A stretch of DNA of 64,000 nt, from positions 2,784,001 through 2,848,000 of the forward strand of contig OZ244905.1 of the NCBI GenBank assembly GCA_965221695.1. The letters are read 5' to 3'. The notes beneath the pieces were generated by a model that was not told where the DNA came from, ran no database searches, and was given only the letters and a program-made list of their open reading frames with translations. Source of the stretch: Gammaproteobacteria bacterium. Lineage in GTDB: Bacteria > Pseudomonadota > Gammaproteobacteria > Eutrophobiales > Eutrophobiaceae. Both the position numbers and the translations under genes were made by a program. Position 1 is the stretch's first letter. Each line of letters begins with the position of its first letter. Below are positions 8,991 to 18,822 of the stretch, piece by piece.

Positions 8991-10429
8991 GCTGTACGGG
9001 CATTCCCCATGCCGACCAGGAACCTCAGGGCAAACACCAGCGCAGACAGCGCGATGCCAATTGCCAGTACAGAAGCTGTCTCACTGTAGCTGACCCATTC
9101 CGGCAGGTGAACCGCCCAGCGGCGCGCGACGCTGGCCTGGCCGCTGGCAAGAAAGTTCATGCAGAACGCGGCGCCGGCTAGCAGGTAGACCCAGAATGCA
9201 AGTTTATCAAGCAGTTTGGGGGCGCCGTTCTGGGCAATGTAATACATGAAACCGAACAGCATCGCGACCAGGCCCACGATCAGGTACATGTGGAAATGAC
9301 CAGGGACCCACATGGTATTGTGCATGACCTGGTTGGCTGCAATAGTTCCGTCGATAACGGCCGGTATCACGCCTACCGCCCACCCGAAGATGGATACGAA
9401 TAACAGTCCTGATACCATGTCCCAGCGAAGATTTGACCGGTGCACAAGGGTCAACGCGCCGTACGCGGTCACTACGAGAACCGGCAACCCACTCAGGTAG
9501 GACAGGATCTGTCCCATTAATAACATCCAGGTTGGCATCACGAAATCCATCAGCAGGTGATGTGGGTACACGAACATCACCATGAAAGTCGATGCCGTCC
9601 AGGCTGCAAGAAATACCTTGTTTACTTTCCAGGGACGTCCCGTATATTCTGGCAGGATCTCATAAACTGCGATTACGGCCTGGTAAATGGTCGCATTGAT
9701 AAAGACATGGCCGAAGAAGAAAATAAGATTCTTCGCCAACAGGGCATCGACGCTAAAGGCCGGGTAAAACAGGTTCACGAGGATCATGGTCAATACCACT
9801 GCGCCTGCCAGGATGCCGGCGATATTTATGATCAGCGCCATGGTTGACGCGACCACGCAGGCAGGTGGAAAATCTGTGCTGTTGCCGAATAACTGGGGCC
9901 AGCCGAGACTGCGTGCAAGGTTACCGTATTTCGAGATGATGGCGCGCGCCACATCCAGGTACAACAACAGGAAGCCGACGCCAATCAGGAGCAGGCCAAT
10001 CAGGAACGATGCCGCGCCGCTTACATCCCACAAGCCCATGCCGTGGGACGGCAGCGGAAACAGGAAGGTCCAGGCGCCACCGTATCCGCCCAGGAAGATA
10101 CCTCCCAGGATCAGGACGACGCCGAGCAGGAAAAAGGCCAGGTTGGCCCATAATATTCCGCTGGTCAGGTTCACATGCCGGCGCAGGAAATACCATAGCA
10201 CGGCGCTCGCAGCGAGACCGGAAATGCCCACCATACCGGCGCCATGCGCGGTCATGATTTGGTAAAAAATATGCGGTGGTATGGTCAGCCATTGCGCCTG
10301 CCCCATGCGCATCAGCAATCCCAGCATCATCATCAACACAAACACCAGGGCGCTGATCCCAAGATAGGAAATAATCGCGTACCGAGCAGATTTACTCATT
10401 GGTGTGATTGAAGCTTCATTTGTCATCAC
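8987..10429 (-). CDS. norY: Heme-copper superfamily subunit I, sNOR-type nitric oxide reductase (NorY-like)
   Basis: MTAHG, FFFGHVFIN (Asn in place of the cross-linking Tyr), YPHH and PGHFH; gene order II-I-SCO-orf. Confidence 0.75.
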   Translation of the reverse strand: MMTNEASITPMSKSARYAIISYLGISALVFVLMMMLGLLMRMGQAQWLTIPPHIFYQIMTAHGAGMVGISGLAASAVLWYFLRRHVNLTSGILWANLAFFLLGVVLILGGIFLGGYGGAWTFLFPLPSHGMGLWDVSGAASFLIGLLLIGVGFLLLYLDVARAIISKYGNLARSLGWPQLFGNSTDFPPACVVASTMALIINIAGILAGAVVLTMILVNLFYPAFSVDALLAKNLIFFFGHVFINATIYQAVIAVYEILPEYTGRPWKVNKVFLAAWTASTFMVMFVYPHHLLMDFVMPTWMLLMGQILSYLSGLPVLVVTAYGALTLVHRSNLRWDMVSGLLFVSIFGWAVGVIPAVIDGTIAANQVMHNTMWVPGHFHMYLIVGLVAMLFGFMYYIAQNGAPKLLDKLAFWVYLLAGAAFCMNFLASGQASVARRWAVHLPEWVSYSETASVLAIGIALSALVFALRFLVGMGNARTA

Positions 10430-10476
10430 AATACCCCCAAACCCGGATTTCTCACCAGGTCGCTAGTTGACATTTT

Positions 10477-11001
10477 TCACTTGACGATGAAAGGAATGAT
10501 CATCGCATGGTGGGACAGACCGCAGTATTCCATACACATCAACCTGTACTGGCCTGGCTCGTTGAACGTGTATTTCAGCTTGTTTTCGTACCCGGGCATC
10601 GCCTGTGTCTGGGCCAGTAAACGCAGTTCACTGTCGTAAATTCCCATACCATGATTGACATCCTCGGTGGTGACGTTGAATATCACGGTAGCGCCGGCCT
10701 CAACCTGGTTTTGACTCAGTTGCCAGAACCATTGTCTTCCGATCGCATCGATTTCTACGGCATCTGCAGTTATCTCACCGCGTGTCGTCGCATATGGCAA
10801 CACCTGGGTGGTAGCAAAGAAGATAACGACCCCGGCGACAAGCAGTGTCCAGAAGAGTTTCGCCCTGAAACTCAATGCGCGTGTCAGTACCGTATCATAA
10901 TCCGGAACGGTTTTTGACGTGTTGACGGCGACATAAATGAAAACGGCCGCGATGATGGCCATAAATGAGAGTGATATAAGCCAGACAGTCTCTTGAATCA
11001 T
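10477..11001 (-). CDS. norS: Heme-copper subunit II with CuA site (NorS-like)
   Basis: Two TM helices, GRQWFW, DVNHG and CMEYCGLSHHAM CuA ligands. Confidence 0.8.
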   Translation of the reverse strand: MIQETVWLISLSFMAIIAAVFIYVAVNTSKTVPDYDTVLTRALSFRAKLFWTLLVAGVVIFFATTQVLPYATTRGEITADAVEIDAIGRQWFWQLSQNQVEAGATVIFNVTTEDVNHGMGIYDSELRLLAQTQAMPGYENKLKYTFNEPGQYRLMCMEYCGLSHHAMIIPFIVK

Positions 11002-11041
11002 CAGTCTTCCCCCAGAGTGGACTTAACGCCGAACTCTTATT

Positions 11042-12754
11042 TTATTGCCGCCACCAGCCGGCAGCGAACTCGTTGACTTCCCGGGCGCGGAAGCGCGCCA
11101 CACGGTTACTCGGTTCCAGCGCCTCGGTATAGAAGAACTCGGGAAGTTCATCGTCCGCTTCAGTAAAGCCGGCAGCCCGATTGAATTCCCGCTCCAGGCG
11201 CAAGGTCTCCCGACCCAGTTCGCGGAAGAAGGACGGTTCCAGTTCAGTCCCGACCGCGCTGTTGATGGCGTCGGTGATCAGTTCCAGTTGGGTGTTGGTC
11301 ACGGTACGCCCGAACACGCAAAATCCAAGAGAATCCGTTGCCGCGGTGACTACCTGCGCATCGTGGCTGGCGCCGGCTATCTCATCCAAGGACTTGTCGG
11401 CGGTCTCCATCTTGGGGACGTTGCCGGCGGTATGGTCCGCGCCCTGGGCCGTGAGCATCATGGTAATGCCGGTGGCCTCGATCACGCGCGGGTCATAGGC
11501 GCTGATGGCCTGGCGTTTGATGACCGGCACTCGTTCAACCCCATAGTGTTCACCCACGGCCGCGGTGCCGCCGGCCCAGAGACGGCCTTGCTCGGTTCCC
11601 GCGCGTACCTGTTCCAGCACATCCGTGACGAAGTCCACATCGCCAAATTCGCCCAGGCCGGCCTCCATCAGTACCCCGACCATTGCGCCGGCTTCGATGG
11701 TGTCGATGCCGAGATCGTTGGCGACGGCATTCAGCCGGGCCAGGTCATCGGGTTCCTTGATACCGCAATTGGTCCCCAGCAACCCCAGCGTTTCGTACTC
11801 GACCGGCGACACGATCTCATTGCCGTCGGCATCGGCATAGACATTGCTGCAGCGGATCAGGCAACCGGGCATGCAGGCATGATCCTGCTCGCCGCCGCGG
11901 GCGATATTCTGCTCGCGGATGAAGTCGCCGCCCATCTTCAGGGTCTCGATATTGGTGTCGACCAGCCGCCCCGAGGAAAAATTGCGCACCGGCAGGCCGC
12001 CCACATGGTTGGTGTAGTCCGCCATCATCGCGGTGCCAAAGCGCTTGTAGCTGTCGATCATCGGGTCTTTGCCCAGTTTTTCCGCATAGTTACGCACCGC
12101 GCCGATGACTTTTTTGCGCTCATGCAGTTGCGGCATCCGATCCAGGTCGGCAACGACGGCTTTCACCTTCTTGCTGCCCATGACCGCGCCGACACCACCG
12201 CGCGCTGCCAGCCTCGCGGGGCGCCGGTCGGTATCGCTGACCGCGATCCCGGCAAGCAGGCCCTGGTATTCGCCAACGGGACCGCACAGGGCCAGGCTCA
12301 CTTTTTTGCCGTATTTTTCATGCAGCAGGGCGGCCGTCTCAAAATTGCCCATACCCATGAAACCCGTAGCCGCATCGAAATTGACACTACCGTCCTTCCT
12401 CAGGTGGATAATCATCCATTCATCGGCGGCGCCGTGCAGGGTAAATCCCGACAGGTGCAACTGGCCCAGCGCCACGCCCAGGGTGCCGCCGGCGTTGGCT
12501 TCCTTGACGCCGCCCGTGAGCGGACTTTTGCAACCGACGCTGGTGCGGTTGGCGTTGGAGAAGTTGGTGCCGGCGAACGGTCCGGCGGAGAAAATCAGCG
12601 GATTTGCCGGTGACAAGGGGTCCACGCCGGCGATATTCTCTTCCAGCAGGGTCTTGGCGATCAGGTAGCGTCCTACGCGCACCAGCTCCTCTCCTTTCTG
12701 CTCAACGGCACGCACGGTCCGGTTCTTAAGGTCGATATGCAGATAATTACGCAT
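11042..12754 (-). CDS. Aldehyde:ferredoxin oxidoreductase family (tungstopterin)
   Basis: KSPLTGG, RGGVGAVMGSKKVKA, CMPGCLIRC, EYET, GIDTIE, GADH and DSLGFC motifs. Confidence 0.92.
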   Translation of the reverse strand: MRNYLHIDLKNRTVRAVEQKGEELVRVGRYLIAKTLLEENIAGVDPLSPANPLIFSAGPFAGTNFSNANRTSVGCKSPLTGGVKEANAGGTLGVALGQLHLSGFTLHGAADEWMIIHLRKDGSVNFDAATGFMGMGNFETAALLHEKYGKKVSLALCGPVGEYQGLLAGIAVSDTDRRPARLAARGGVGAVMGSKKVKAVVADLDRMPQLHERKKVIGAVRNYAEKLGKDPMIDSYKRFGTAMMADYTNHVGGLPVRNFSSGRLVDTNIETLKMGGDFIREQNIARGGEQDHACMPGCLIRCSNVYADADGNEIVSPVEYETLGLLGTNCGIKEPDDLARLNAVANDLGIDTIEAGAMVGVLMEAGLGEFGDVDFVTDVLEQVRAGTEQGRLWAGGTAAVGEHYGVERVPVIKRQAISAYDPRVIEATGITMMLTAQGADHTAGNVPKMETADKSLDEIAGASHDAQVVTAATDSLGFCVFGRTVTNTQLELITDAINSAVGTELEPSFFRELGRETLRLEREFNRAAGFTEADDELPEFFYTEALEPSNRVARFRAREVNEFAAGWWRQ

Positions 12755-12846
12755 GATTTGATAACCTGGGAAAAAATATTTATCTATTATAGTACTAAGG
12801 AAGCATGAAGTGGGGAGGCAGGTAAGTTGGTAAAACTCATTGACAA

Positions 12847-14361
12847 TTACATCTCGCGCCAGTCACAGGACTGCTCAAACGCGTAAGCAGCTCGGTAGAT
12901 TGCCGGTTCATCATAATGTTTCCCCACCAGCATCATCCCGACCGGCAGCCCGTTGCGCAGGCCGCAGGGAACCGACATGGCCGGGTGGCCGGTGATATCG
13001 AACTGGCAGGTGTTGAGCACGGTATTCAACGCCACATGGATAATCTCATCATCGGCGTCCGCCGCGTCAGCCGTCGGGTTTTTGCGCGCCTGCATCAATG
13101 TCGTCGGCAGCAGTAACAGGTCATGGTTCTGCAACGCGTTGTCGTAAGCATGGACCAACCTCGGCAGATGGCTTTTCGCCTTCGCATAATACTTGCCTGC
13201 GTAGCGTTCCAGGTACTTGCCCAGCAACAATACCAGGTGCAGGTTTACCGGAAACTGCGCCAGTTTGTTCTGCCACCCGGACAAGTATTTTTCCAGCGTC
13301 GGCGAACTGAAGCCATTGGTATTCATCGCCAAGCCGTTGTACCGCAGCGTTTCCCAGAGGCCGTCGGTGATAATTGCGCCCCACAGCGAAACCCCGTCCC
13401 GGTGCATGGGAATGGAAATCTCGGACACCTCGGCGCCGAGGCCGGCGAACCGGTCCGCGGCCGCGCGCACACAATGATCCACAACCGGGTCCGACAACGG
13501 GTGCTCGAAGCCTTCCCGGAGCACGGCAATTTTCATACCTTGCGCGTCCTGGCCCAGCGCATCGGTATAGCGCCGCGTCTGTAATTGGCGTTGGCGGCTG
13601 TCCATGCCGTCATAACCGGCAAGGACTTCCAACATCAAAGCGTTGTCGCTGACATTTGCGGTCATCGGACCGACATGGTCGAGCATGGCTTCCATGCCCA
13701 GGATACCCGTGTAGGGCAACAGGCCGAAGCTCGCCTTCATGCCATAAACCCCGCAAAAGCTGGACGGTATGCGTACCGAGCCGGCCTGGTCGCAGCCCAG
13801 CGCCATGTCGACCGCGCCGCCGGCAACCAGCGCGGCGCTGCCGGAGGAAGAACCGCCGGCCGAATATGCGGGATTGTGTGGGTTGCGGACAACCCCGGTG
13901 CTGGCGGTGACGCTGGCGCCGGAAACACAAAGAAATTCACAGACCGCCTTGCCCGTAATCGTCGCGCCGGCGTCGAGCAGCCGGCTTACCACCGTGGCGT
14001 CAAACTCCGGCATGAAACCTTCCATGATCGAAGCGCCGTTCATCATCGGAACCTGCGCCACGAATATATTGTCCTTGATGGCGACCGTGCGCCCGGCGAG
14101 AGGCCCTTCAGCATTACCTGGCAGGTCAGTCTTTACATACCAGGCGCCAAGAGGGTTTTCCTCCGGCGTCGGAAACCGGTAACTGCGTTCCGGATAGCGG
14201 ACCTGCGGCAGGTTGTCTCCCTGTTCATCCAGAAACCGGTAGCCCTCGGCAAACGGCCCTGAGTTTCTGAGCAGGGTTTCCGTTTGCCGGTCATCCAGCG
14301 ACAACCCCATGGCCGCCGCCAGCGTTTTCAATTCTCCCGTGTCAGGCAGTTTGAATGTCAT
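12847..14361 (-). CDS. Amidase signature family enzyme (CX3C subgroup)
   Basis: AIKDN, CEFLC, GGSSSGS and DQAGSVR; start set at MTFKLPD by similarity to the paralog at 60756. Confidence 0.92.
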   Translation of the reverse strand: MTFKLPDTGELKTLAAAMGLSLDDRQTETLLRNSGPFAEGYRFLDEQGDNLPQVRYPERSYRFPTPEENPLGAWYVKTDLPGNAEGPLAGRTVAIKDNIFVAQVPMMNGASIMEGFMPEFDATVVSRLLDAGATITGKAVCEFLCVSGASVTASTGVVRNPHNPAYSAGGSSSGSAALVAGGAVDMALGCDQAGSVRIPSSFCGVYGMKASFGLLPYTGILGMEAMLDHVGPMTANVSDNALMLEVLAGYDGMDSRQRQLQTRRYTDALGQDAQGMKIAVLREGFEHPLSDPVVDHCVRAAADRFAGLGAEVSEISIPMHRDGVSLWGAIITDGLWETLRYNGLAMNTNGFSSPTLEKYLSGWQNKLAQFPVNLHLVLLLGKYLERYAGKYYAKAKSHLPRLVHAYDNALQNHDLLLLPTTLMQARKNPTADAADADDEIIHVALNTVLNTCQFDITGHPAMSVPCGLRNGLPVGMMLVGKHYDEPAIYRAAYAFEQSCDWREM

Positions 14362-14456
14362 AGTTGGTGAGCTGGTTAACTCAGAGTTGTTCTTACTATA
14401 ACAAACCTGTTGGCGCCGGGGAATCAAATACTGACGCATCTGTTGCTTATTTCCCT

Positions 14457-14523
14457 GGGACCGCGGGCGTCCCGCCTGCGTGCGGGCGCAGTCCGCGAGC
14501 CTGATGCGGGTGAGACGCCCGCG
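14457..14523. repeat. REP-like inverted doublet
   Basis: GGGACCGCGGGCGTCCCGCCTGC ... GCGGGTGAGACGCCCGCG; arms pair with G.T wobbles. Confidence 0.6.
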
Positions 14524-14530
14524 CAATTAG

Positions 14531-14559
14531 GGAAGCTCTGAGATTAAGTCAGAGCTTCC
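14531..14559. mobile_element. Minimal 29-bp IS5-like MITE (TIRs only) with TTAG duplication
   Basis: TTAG|GGAAGCTCTGA-GATTAAG-TCAGAGCTTCC|TTAG. Confidence 0.75.
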
Positions 14560-14563
14560 TTAG

Positions 14564-14878
14564 TCCGAATATCTCACCAATTGATGCGATGATCGCTGAG
14601 GATTTATTGATGCGCCCCATCCGTGGGGCGCCCCCTTCGGGCATCCTTCGGATGTCCAAATCCGCTCCAGGCGGATTTGTGCGTCAGTACGCGGGCGCTC
14701 GTGACCGAAACCATAGTGGTTCTTCTGGTTGAGGGAACATGTGCCCGCTAACGCAAAAAAGACCAGTGAGGGCGCATCAAGCGCAGTGTGTAATGGCAAA
14801 ATACTCGGCAGATTATCACAACTCATTGACAGCAAACATCTACCCGATGCTGACAAGCGAATTGGTGAGATATTCGGG
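14564..14878. mobile_element. 315-bp MITE, copy 1
   Basis: 19-bp TIRs TCCGAATATCTCACCAATT / AATTGGTGAGATATTCGGG, TTAG on both sides; 9 differences by eye from the copy at 48352-48666. Confidence 0.88.
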
Positions 14879-15062
14879 TTAGGTTAAGCGGCAAAATTGG
14901 TCGGGGTCAACTATACTGTTATAATGCTTGCAGAAGCTTCTGACTGTGTCGCCCGCGGGGCGACCCATTGTTTCACTGGATTCCTGCTATCGCGGGAATG
15001 GTGTGGGGCGCAAGTCAGTTAGTACAATCTATACAGCAAATGACCTGCGGGAGTGTATTGTG

Positions 15063-17396
15063 ATGTTGACCAGTAAAATTCTACGTCGTGTTGTAACTGT
15101 GACCCTCACTTTTTTCGCCGTTTTCTCCATAGCCAATGCGCAGGACAGTTCTACGGCGCTGGAAGAGATCATCGTTACCGCGCAAAAGCGCGCGCAATCG
15201 GTCCAGGATGTGGGGCTGACGGTAGCGGCCTTCAACGACGAACAGTATCGGGAATTGACCCGGGGCACTCTTGACGGTCTTGCGGCGCAAATCTCAAATG
15301 TGCAGGCGTATGCAAACAATACCTACCTGGAGAGCGTGCATATTCGCGGTATCGGGTTGAATGAATTCCAGGGGCAGTTCGATTCGCCGGTGGCGACGCA
15401 CTTCGATGAAGTCTATATCGCCAAACCCTGGATGAAGGCGCGCCGCCATTACGACATCGGGCGGGTCGAGGCGCTGAAAGGACCACAGGGCACCTTGTTC
15501 GGCCGTAACACCACCGGTGGTTCAATCAACTTCTACACCAAGGCGCCGGTGGACCGGTTCGAGGCCGAGTTGGAAGCCGGGATGGACGAACATGAACGCT
15601 ACCGGGTCACCGGCATGGTCAACGCTCCGCTGTCCGACGGGCTCAGCGGGCGTGTCTCCTTCAACACGGAATTCGGCAACGGCGGCCCCCAGAAAAACCT
15701 GTTTTCCGGCGACGAACACGGCCGGCCGGACCTGTTGGATGTACGCGGCCAGCTACTGTGGACCGGAGACAAACTGACCGTGCGCGCGCTGGTCCACGGC
15801 GGCCGGGACAAGAGCGATAAGACCGCCTGGAAAGGCCCGGGAATTTTTAACCTGGGGGCGCCGGGATTGTGTCCGCAACTGTTTACCGGCGAGGTGTCGA
15901 AAAGCCCGTCGACCTGCTCCAAGACTGGCGGATCCGCGACCCTGAATGGTTACCCTGAGGGTGAATTCGAGCCTGAAGGCATACATACCATCAACCAGAA
16001 TAAGCCGCCGACGGTAGATGACAAGTTCTATGGTGGTTACCTGCGCTGGGATTATGAAATAGGCAATGCAACGCTGACTTCTATTACCGCCTATGAATAT
16101 TACGAGCGCATCCATACTGACGACAGCCAGGCCGATATGTTCAACTCGACCAGCACTCACTATTACGACGAGATGAACCAGATCAGCCAGGAACTCAGGC
16201 TGACCGGTTTTCTGAGCAGAAACTGGCGCTATATCCTGGGATTTTTCTATGAAAACGACGACCTGGACCAGGTCGACGGTTCCGACCTGAGCCAGCAACA
16301 GGTGCCGACAATAACCCCGCCGTTTGCGGACCAGTTCTTCTCCGAGTTTGCCTTGGATACGGAATCCATTGCCGTATTTGTCCACAATGAGTTCGATTTT
16401 ACCGACAACCTGACTCTCAACCTGGGATTGCGTTATACGGACGATAATATTGAAGTCAGCGATGCGCTGATGGGCATTGGCCTGTTGCCGCAGTTCGGCA
16501 AGGAGAAGTTTGTTACCCCGTGCTTCATCACCACCTATCCGGCCGGCCCGAACGGTTCCCCGGCCTGCCCGTTCCTGGGGCCCGAAGCGCCGCTTTACAA
16601 CGACAGCCGCACGGACAGGGATTTCTCCTGGCGCGTAGGCATCGAATGGAGCGCGGCTGATGACCTGCTGGTCTATTCCAACTTGACCACCGGTTACCGC
16701 AGCGGCGGCTACAGCCTGCCGTTCGCGGGCGCAGCCACCACGTTTGACCCGGAAGAACTGCTCACGGTGGAATTGGGTTTCAAGTACCAGTTACTGGATG
16801 ACACCTTGCGCATCAATGCGTCGGCCTTCCGTTACGTGTACGACGATGTGCAGGTCAATGTGGACGACCCGGTTTCGCCGCTGGTGCCTATCACGCGTAA
16901 TATCGGCGAGCAGTTGAATACCGGATTTGAGGCTGATATCACCTGGCAGCCGGTGCCCAGTCTGTACCTGAGACAGAGCATCGGTTACCTGGATGCCGAA
17001 TTCAACGACACGCCGCGCACGGTTTCCACCTATACGGGCGTCATCCCCCTGGAAGGCAAGCGCCCGGTGAATTCCCCCGAGTGGACTTACAACGGCGCGG
17101 CCCGCTGGCAGCAACAGGTGGCTGACGGCATGGACTTGATCATCGGTGTGGACTACCGTTGGATAGACGACCGTTTTCTGGAAGCGACCAATGCGGCTTT
17201 CGACAAATCGGATGATTATTGGGTGGCCAACATGCGGGTTGCGCTGGCGACCGATAAATGGGAAATCGCGCTATACGGAACCAATATTTTCGATGAGGAA
17301 TACCTGACCTATATCAACAATATCGGTTTCTTCAAGCTGGATATCTTCGGAGAAAGGCAGACCTTCGGCGCGTCCGTCCGCTACCGGTTCCAGTAA
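15063..17396 (+). CDS. TonB-dependent receptor
   Basis: Signal peptide ending ANA, LEEIIVTAQKR, RVEALKGPQGTLFGRNTTGG, C-terminal YRFQ. Confidence 0.95.
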   Translation: MLTSKILRRVVTVTLTFFAVFSIANAQDSSTALEEIIVTAQKRAQSVQDVGLTVAAFNDEQYRELTRGTLDGLAAQISNVQAYANNTYLESVHIRGIGLNEFQGQFDSPVATHFDEVYIAKPWMKARRHYDIGRVEALKGPQGTLFGRNTTGGSINFYTKAPVDRFEAELEAGMDEHERYRVTGMVNAPLSDGLSGRVSFNTEFGNGGPQKNLFSGDEHGRPDLLDVRGQLLWTGDKLTVRALVHGGRDKSDKTAWKGPGIFNLGAPGLCPQLFTGEVSKSPSTCSKTGGSATLNGYPEGEFEPEGIHTINQNKPPTVDDKFYGGYLRWDYEIGNATLTSITAYEYYERIHTDDSQADMFNSTSTHYYDEMNQISQELRLTGFLSRNWRYILGFFYENDDLDQVDGSDLSQQQVPTITPPFADQFFSEFALDTESIAVFVHNEFDFTDNLTLNLGLRYTDDNIEVSDALMGIGLLPQFGKEKFVTPCFITTYPAGPNGSPACPFLGPEAPLYNDSRTDRDFSWRVGIEWSAADDLLVYSNLTTGYRSGGYSLPFAGAATTFDPEELLTVELGFKYQLLDDTLRINASAFRYVYDDVQVNVDDPVSPLVPITRNIGEQLNTGFEADITWQPVPSLYLRQSIGYLDAEFNDTPRTVSTYTGVIPLEGKRPVNSPEWTYNGAARWQQQVADGMDLIIGVDYRWIDDRFLEATNAAFDKSDDYWVANMRVALATDKWEIALYGTNIFDEEYLTYINNIGFFKLDIFGERQTFGASVRYRFQ

Positions 17397-17437
17397 GTAA
17401 AAAATCGTTCTCGGGGCTAGCGCTAGTTTACTGAGTA

Positions 17438-18805
17438 CTAAGCCCCCTCGATATCGAAGTCGTCCAGGTTTACCTCGCGCATGGTAACCCGGCGGTACTT
17501 GTCTTCCCGGGGCAACGGCACGGTGGCGTCGATGCCGAGCCGGGTCCACTTGTCGTTCTCGACCATGGGGTTCAGACGGTGGCCGATGCCGTCGGGTATC
17601 GGTAACAGGTCGCGGTCGAAGCGGCAGCGCGTCTGCACCGCCCAGTCCACGTCCGCGAGGCTGTAGAGATCCACGTCCGTGTCCACCACGGTGACCGTCT
17701 TGACAAACGCCAGCGAGACGAACGCGGCCATGATCGCGTTGCGCTGGCTGCCCTCATGCTTTTTGTCGAGCTGCACCACCAGGTGGTAGGGTACGCTGCC
17801 GTCGGAGAAATGTACCGCGGTCACCTCCGGCACCAGGCTGTGTATCTTGTCAAACGCCCCGGCGCCGGCGATGAGGCCGTAGGCGTTATAGACTTCCTTG
17901 CCCGATAGAATGGAATGGAAAATCGGCTCGCGCCGGCGGGTAATCGCAGAGACTTCAAATACCCAGCGATCGTCTACGCCCGCGTAATAGCCGGTCACTT
18001 CAGCATACGGGCCTTCCGGTTCGCGCACACCCGGAAGTATTTTCCCTTCAATAACGAATTGCGCGTCGGCCCAGGCTTCCACGCCTACGGTCTGCGCTTC
18101 GATAAGCCGCACCGGCGCGCCGTGCATCTGGCAGGCAATGCCGATTTCATCCATTTCCATGGGCGCAGCGGAGGCCGGGGAAGCCGCCGCCATACTCATC
18201 GCGTAATCTGCGCCGTTGTTGACAGTCAGCTCCAGGGGTTGCCCCTTGGCTTCGGCTCGTTTGAAATAGTCCATCAGGTGCCCCAGTTCCTCCAGCAGCA
18301 GGGTAAAGCGGTTTTTGCCGGTGACCATCATGCGGTGGATAGACAGGTTGCGCACCCCTGTGTCCGGGTCCTTGGCGATAACGACGCTGGAGGTCAGGTA
18401 ACGCCCGCCGTCGCCCTCGGCGTGGTGAGGTATCGGCAGCGCGCCCAAATCGGGGTCGGCCTCGATCACTTCATTGGCCGGACCCTGTTGCACCGTTACA
18501 GGCTCAATCGGGCTTTTGCGCCAGGCGCGGATGTCATCCGCGAGCGCGAACGGCAGCCGGGCGCTGGTGGTCTGAAAAAACTTCGCCATGAATTCACGGT
18601 TCCAGTACAGCCCGATCAACACCGGGTAGTTACTGCCCTTGACCTTCTCGAACAGCAAAGCTTTGCCGCCCTCGAATTTTCGGGCGATGCCTGCCAGTTG
18701 GAAGGCGGGGTCCACCTCGCTTTTTACCCGGACCAGGTGATTGTGCTGGTCCATGAACGCGAGATAGGCTTGGAGGTCGATAAGTTTGCGTTTGGCAAGG
18801 TCCAT
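17438..18805 (-). CDS. UbiD-family prFMN-dependent decarboxylase
   Basis: DGGRY, NLSIHRM, EGPYAEVTGYY and VVDTDVD motifs. Confidence 0.92.
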   Translation of the reverse strand: MDLAKRKLIDLQAYLAFMDQHNHLVRVKSEVDPAFQLAGIARKFEGGKALLFEKVKGSNYPVLIGLYWNREFMAKFFQTTSARLPFALADDIRAWRKSPIEPVTVQQGPANEVIEADPDLGALPIPHHAEGDGGRYLTSSVVIAKDPDTGVRNLSIHRMMVTGKNRFTLLLEELGHLMDYFKRAEAKGQPLELTVNNGADYAMSMAAASPASAAPMEMDEIGIACQMHGAPVRLIEAQTVGVEAWADAQFVIEGKILPGVREPEGPYAEVTGYYAGVDDRWVFEVSAITRRREPIFHSILSGKEVYNAYGLIAGAGAFDKIHSLVPEVTAVHFSDGSVPYHLVVQLDKKHEGSQRNAIMAAFVSLAFVKTVTVVDTDVDLYSLADVDWAVQTRCRFDRDLLPIPDGIGHRLNPMVENDKWTRLGIDATVPLPREDKYRRVTMREVNLDDFDIEGA

Positions 18806-18822
18806 GGTCGTTCTCTTATAAA

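Noticed and set aside
8987-10429. Ordinary aa3-type cytochrome c oxidase call
   Set aside because: The HPEVY Tyr is absent and there is no subunit III
11045-12613. 522-aa plus-strand ORF
   Set aside because: Antisense shadow of the AOR gene in GC-rich DNA; no motifs
14612-14678. Possible tRNA or cloverleaf in the 315-bp element
   Set aside because: No acceptor stem, GTTCRA T-loop or CCA end
14560-14856. 98-aa ORF, repeated within 48261-48893
   Set aside because: Similarity comes only from the 315-bp repeat; no transposase motif, and start and stop differ between copies
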